From: an uncultured Nitrososphaerota archaeon
Lineage (GTDB): Archaea; Korarchaeota; Korarchaeia; Korarchaeales; Korarchaeaceae
Assembly (NCBI GenBank): GCA_964480775.1
Contig: CAYZRF010000034.1
Span: 1-13,439 of the forward strand
DNA: 13,439 nt
Reading direction: 5' to 3'
The notes under the pieces are model-generated. The model saw nothing but the letters and a program-made list of their open reading frames with translations, made no database searches and had not been told where the DNA came from. This document shows, piece after piece, positions 13,310 through 13,439 of the stretch. How positions within the stretch are numbered: the stretch's first letter is position 1; the number at the start of each line of letters is the position of its first letter. Position numbers and translations under genes: made by a program.

Positions 13310-13439
13310 ATGGTAAGAAGAGAAGATCTTGTAGATGTCGCGTTAGGTCGCATTCCAGCAAACGTCGTCATCATGGGCGGAACGCTAATAGATGTCTGTA
13401 CAAGAAGAATAGTCCCAGATATTGATGTAGCAGTGTATG
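13310..13439 (+). CDS. Amidohydrolase-superfamily protein, adenine-deaminase-like, N-terminal fragment (runs off window)
   Basis: Hand translation gives MVRREDLVDVALGRIPANVVIMGGTLIDVCTRRIVPDIDVAVY. The pattern (L-x-x-VALGR-x-PA-[DN]-x-V-I-x-x-G-x-[LI]-[IV]-[DN]-V-x-T-x-x-I ... D-[IV]-A-[IV]) matches the N-terminal beta-sandwich of archaeal and bacterial adenine deaminases as I remember it. Only 43 codons are visible. Confidence 0.55.
   Translation, partial: MVRREDLVDVALGRIPANVVIMGGTLIDVCTRRIVPDIDVAVY

Noticed and set aside
1-13439. Search by eye for CRISPR arrays, IS elements or transposases, integrases, and rRNA/tRNA genes
   Set aside because: No regularly spaced direct repeats, no terminal inverted repeats flanking a transposase-like ORF, and no tRNA-like cloverleaf signatures were found. 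The absence is by manual inspection only; tRNAscan, Infernal or CRISPR finders should confirm it.

Overview
13.4 kb window that looks archaeal and hyperthermophile-like: AGG/AGA Arg and ATA Ile codons, K/E-rich proteins, frequent GTG/TTG starts, and A/T-rich TATA-like boxes 25-45 nt upstream of starts. I support 14 protein-coding genes. I saw no rRNA, tRNA, CRISPR array, transposase or integrase by eye. All domain calls are motif recognition from hand-read translations; no searches were run.

The main feature is a co-oriented minus-strand block (1-6441). A PgaC/IcaA-like processive family-2 glycosyltransferase (GT2, 2098-3345) directly abuts an ACT+V4R ligand-binding protein (3346-4128), with the stop codon immediately followed by the start. 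Upstream is a 5-TM membrane protein (4183-5043). The block is bracketed by two paralogous wHTH + multi-Zn-ribbon proteins (906-1898 and 5140-6441). It ends in a single-domain KaiC-like ATPase (1-675), which runs off the window and is missing from the supplied ORF track.

About 6.5 kb away on the plus strand is a secreted 778-aa protein (9918-12254). It fuses a PgaB-C-terminal-like (GHL13) domain to a GH114/TM1410-like domain. Both domains belong to hexosamine exopolysaccharide processing.

Together these suggest a PNAG-like exopolysaccharide system in an archaeon. It would be controlled by ACT/V4R, wHTH-Zn-ribbon and KaiC-like components rather than the bacterial c-di-GMP/PgaD/IcaD partners. 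To my knowledge this has not been characterised.

The remaining genes are a GTPBP1-like GTPase, a DUF167/YggU protein, a small TP-repeat membrane protein, a vapBC (AbrB-PIN) toxin-antitoxin pair, a DUF166-like protein, and the 5' end of an adenine-deaminase-like amidohydrolase.
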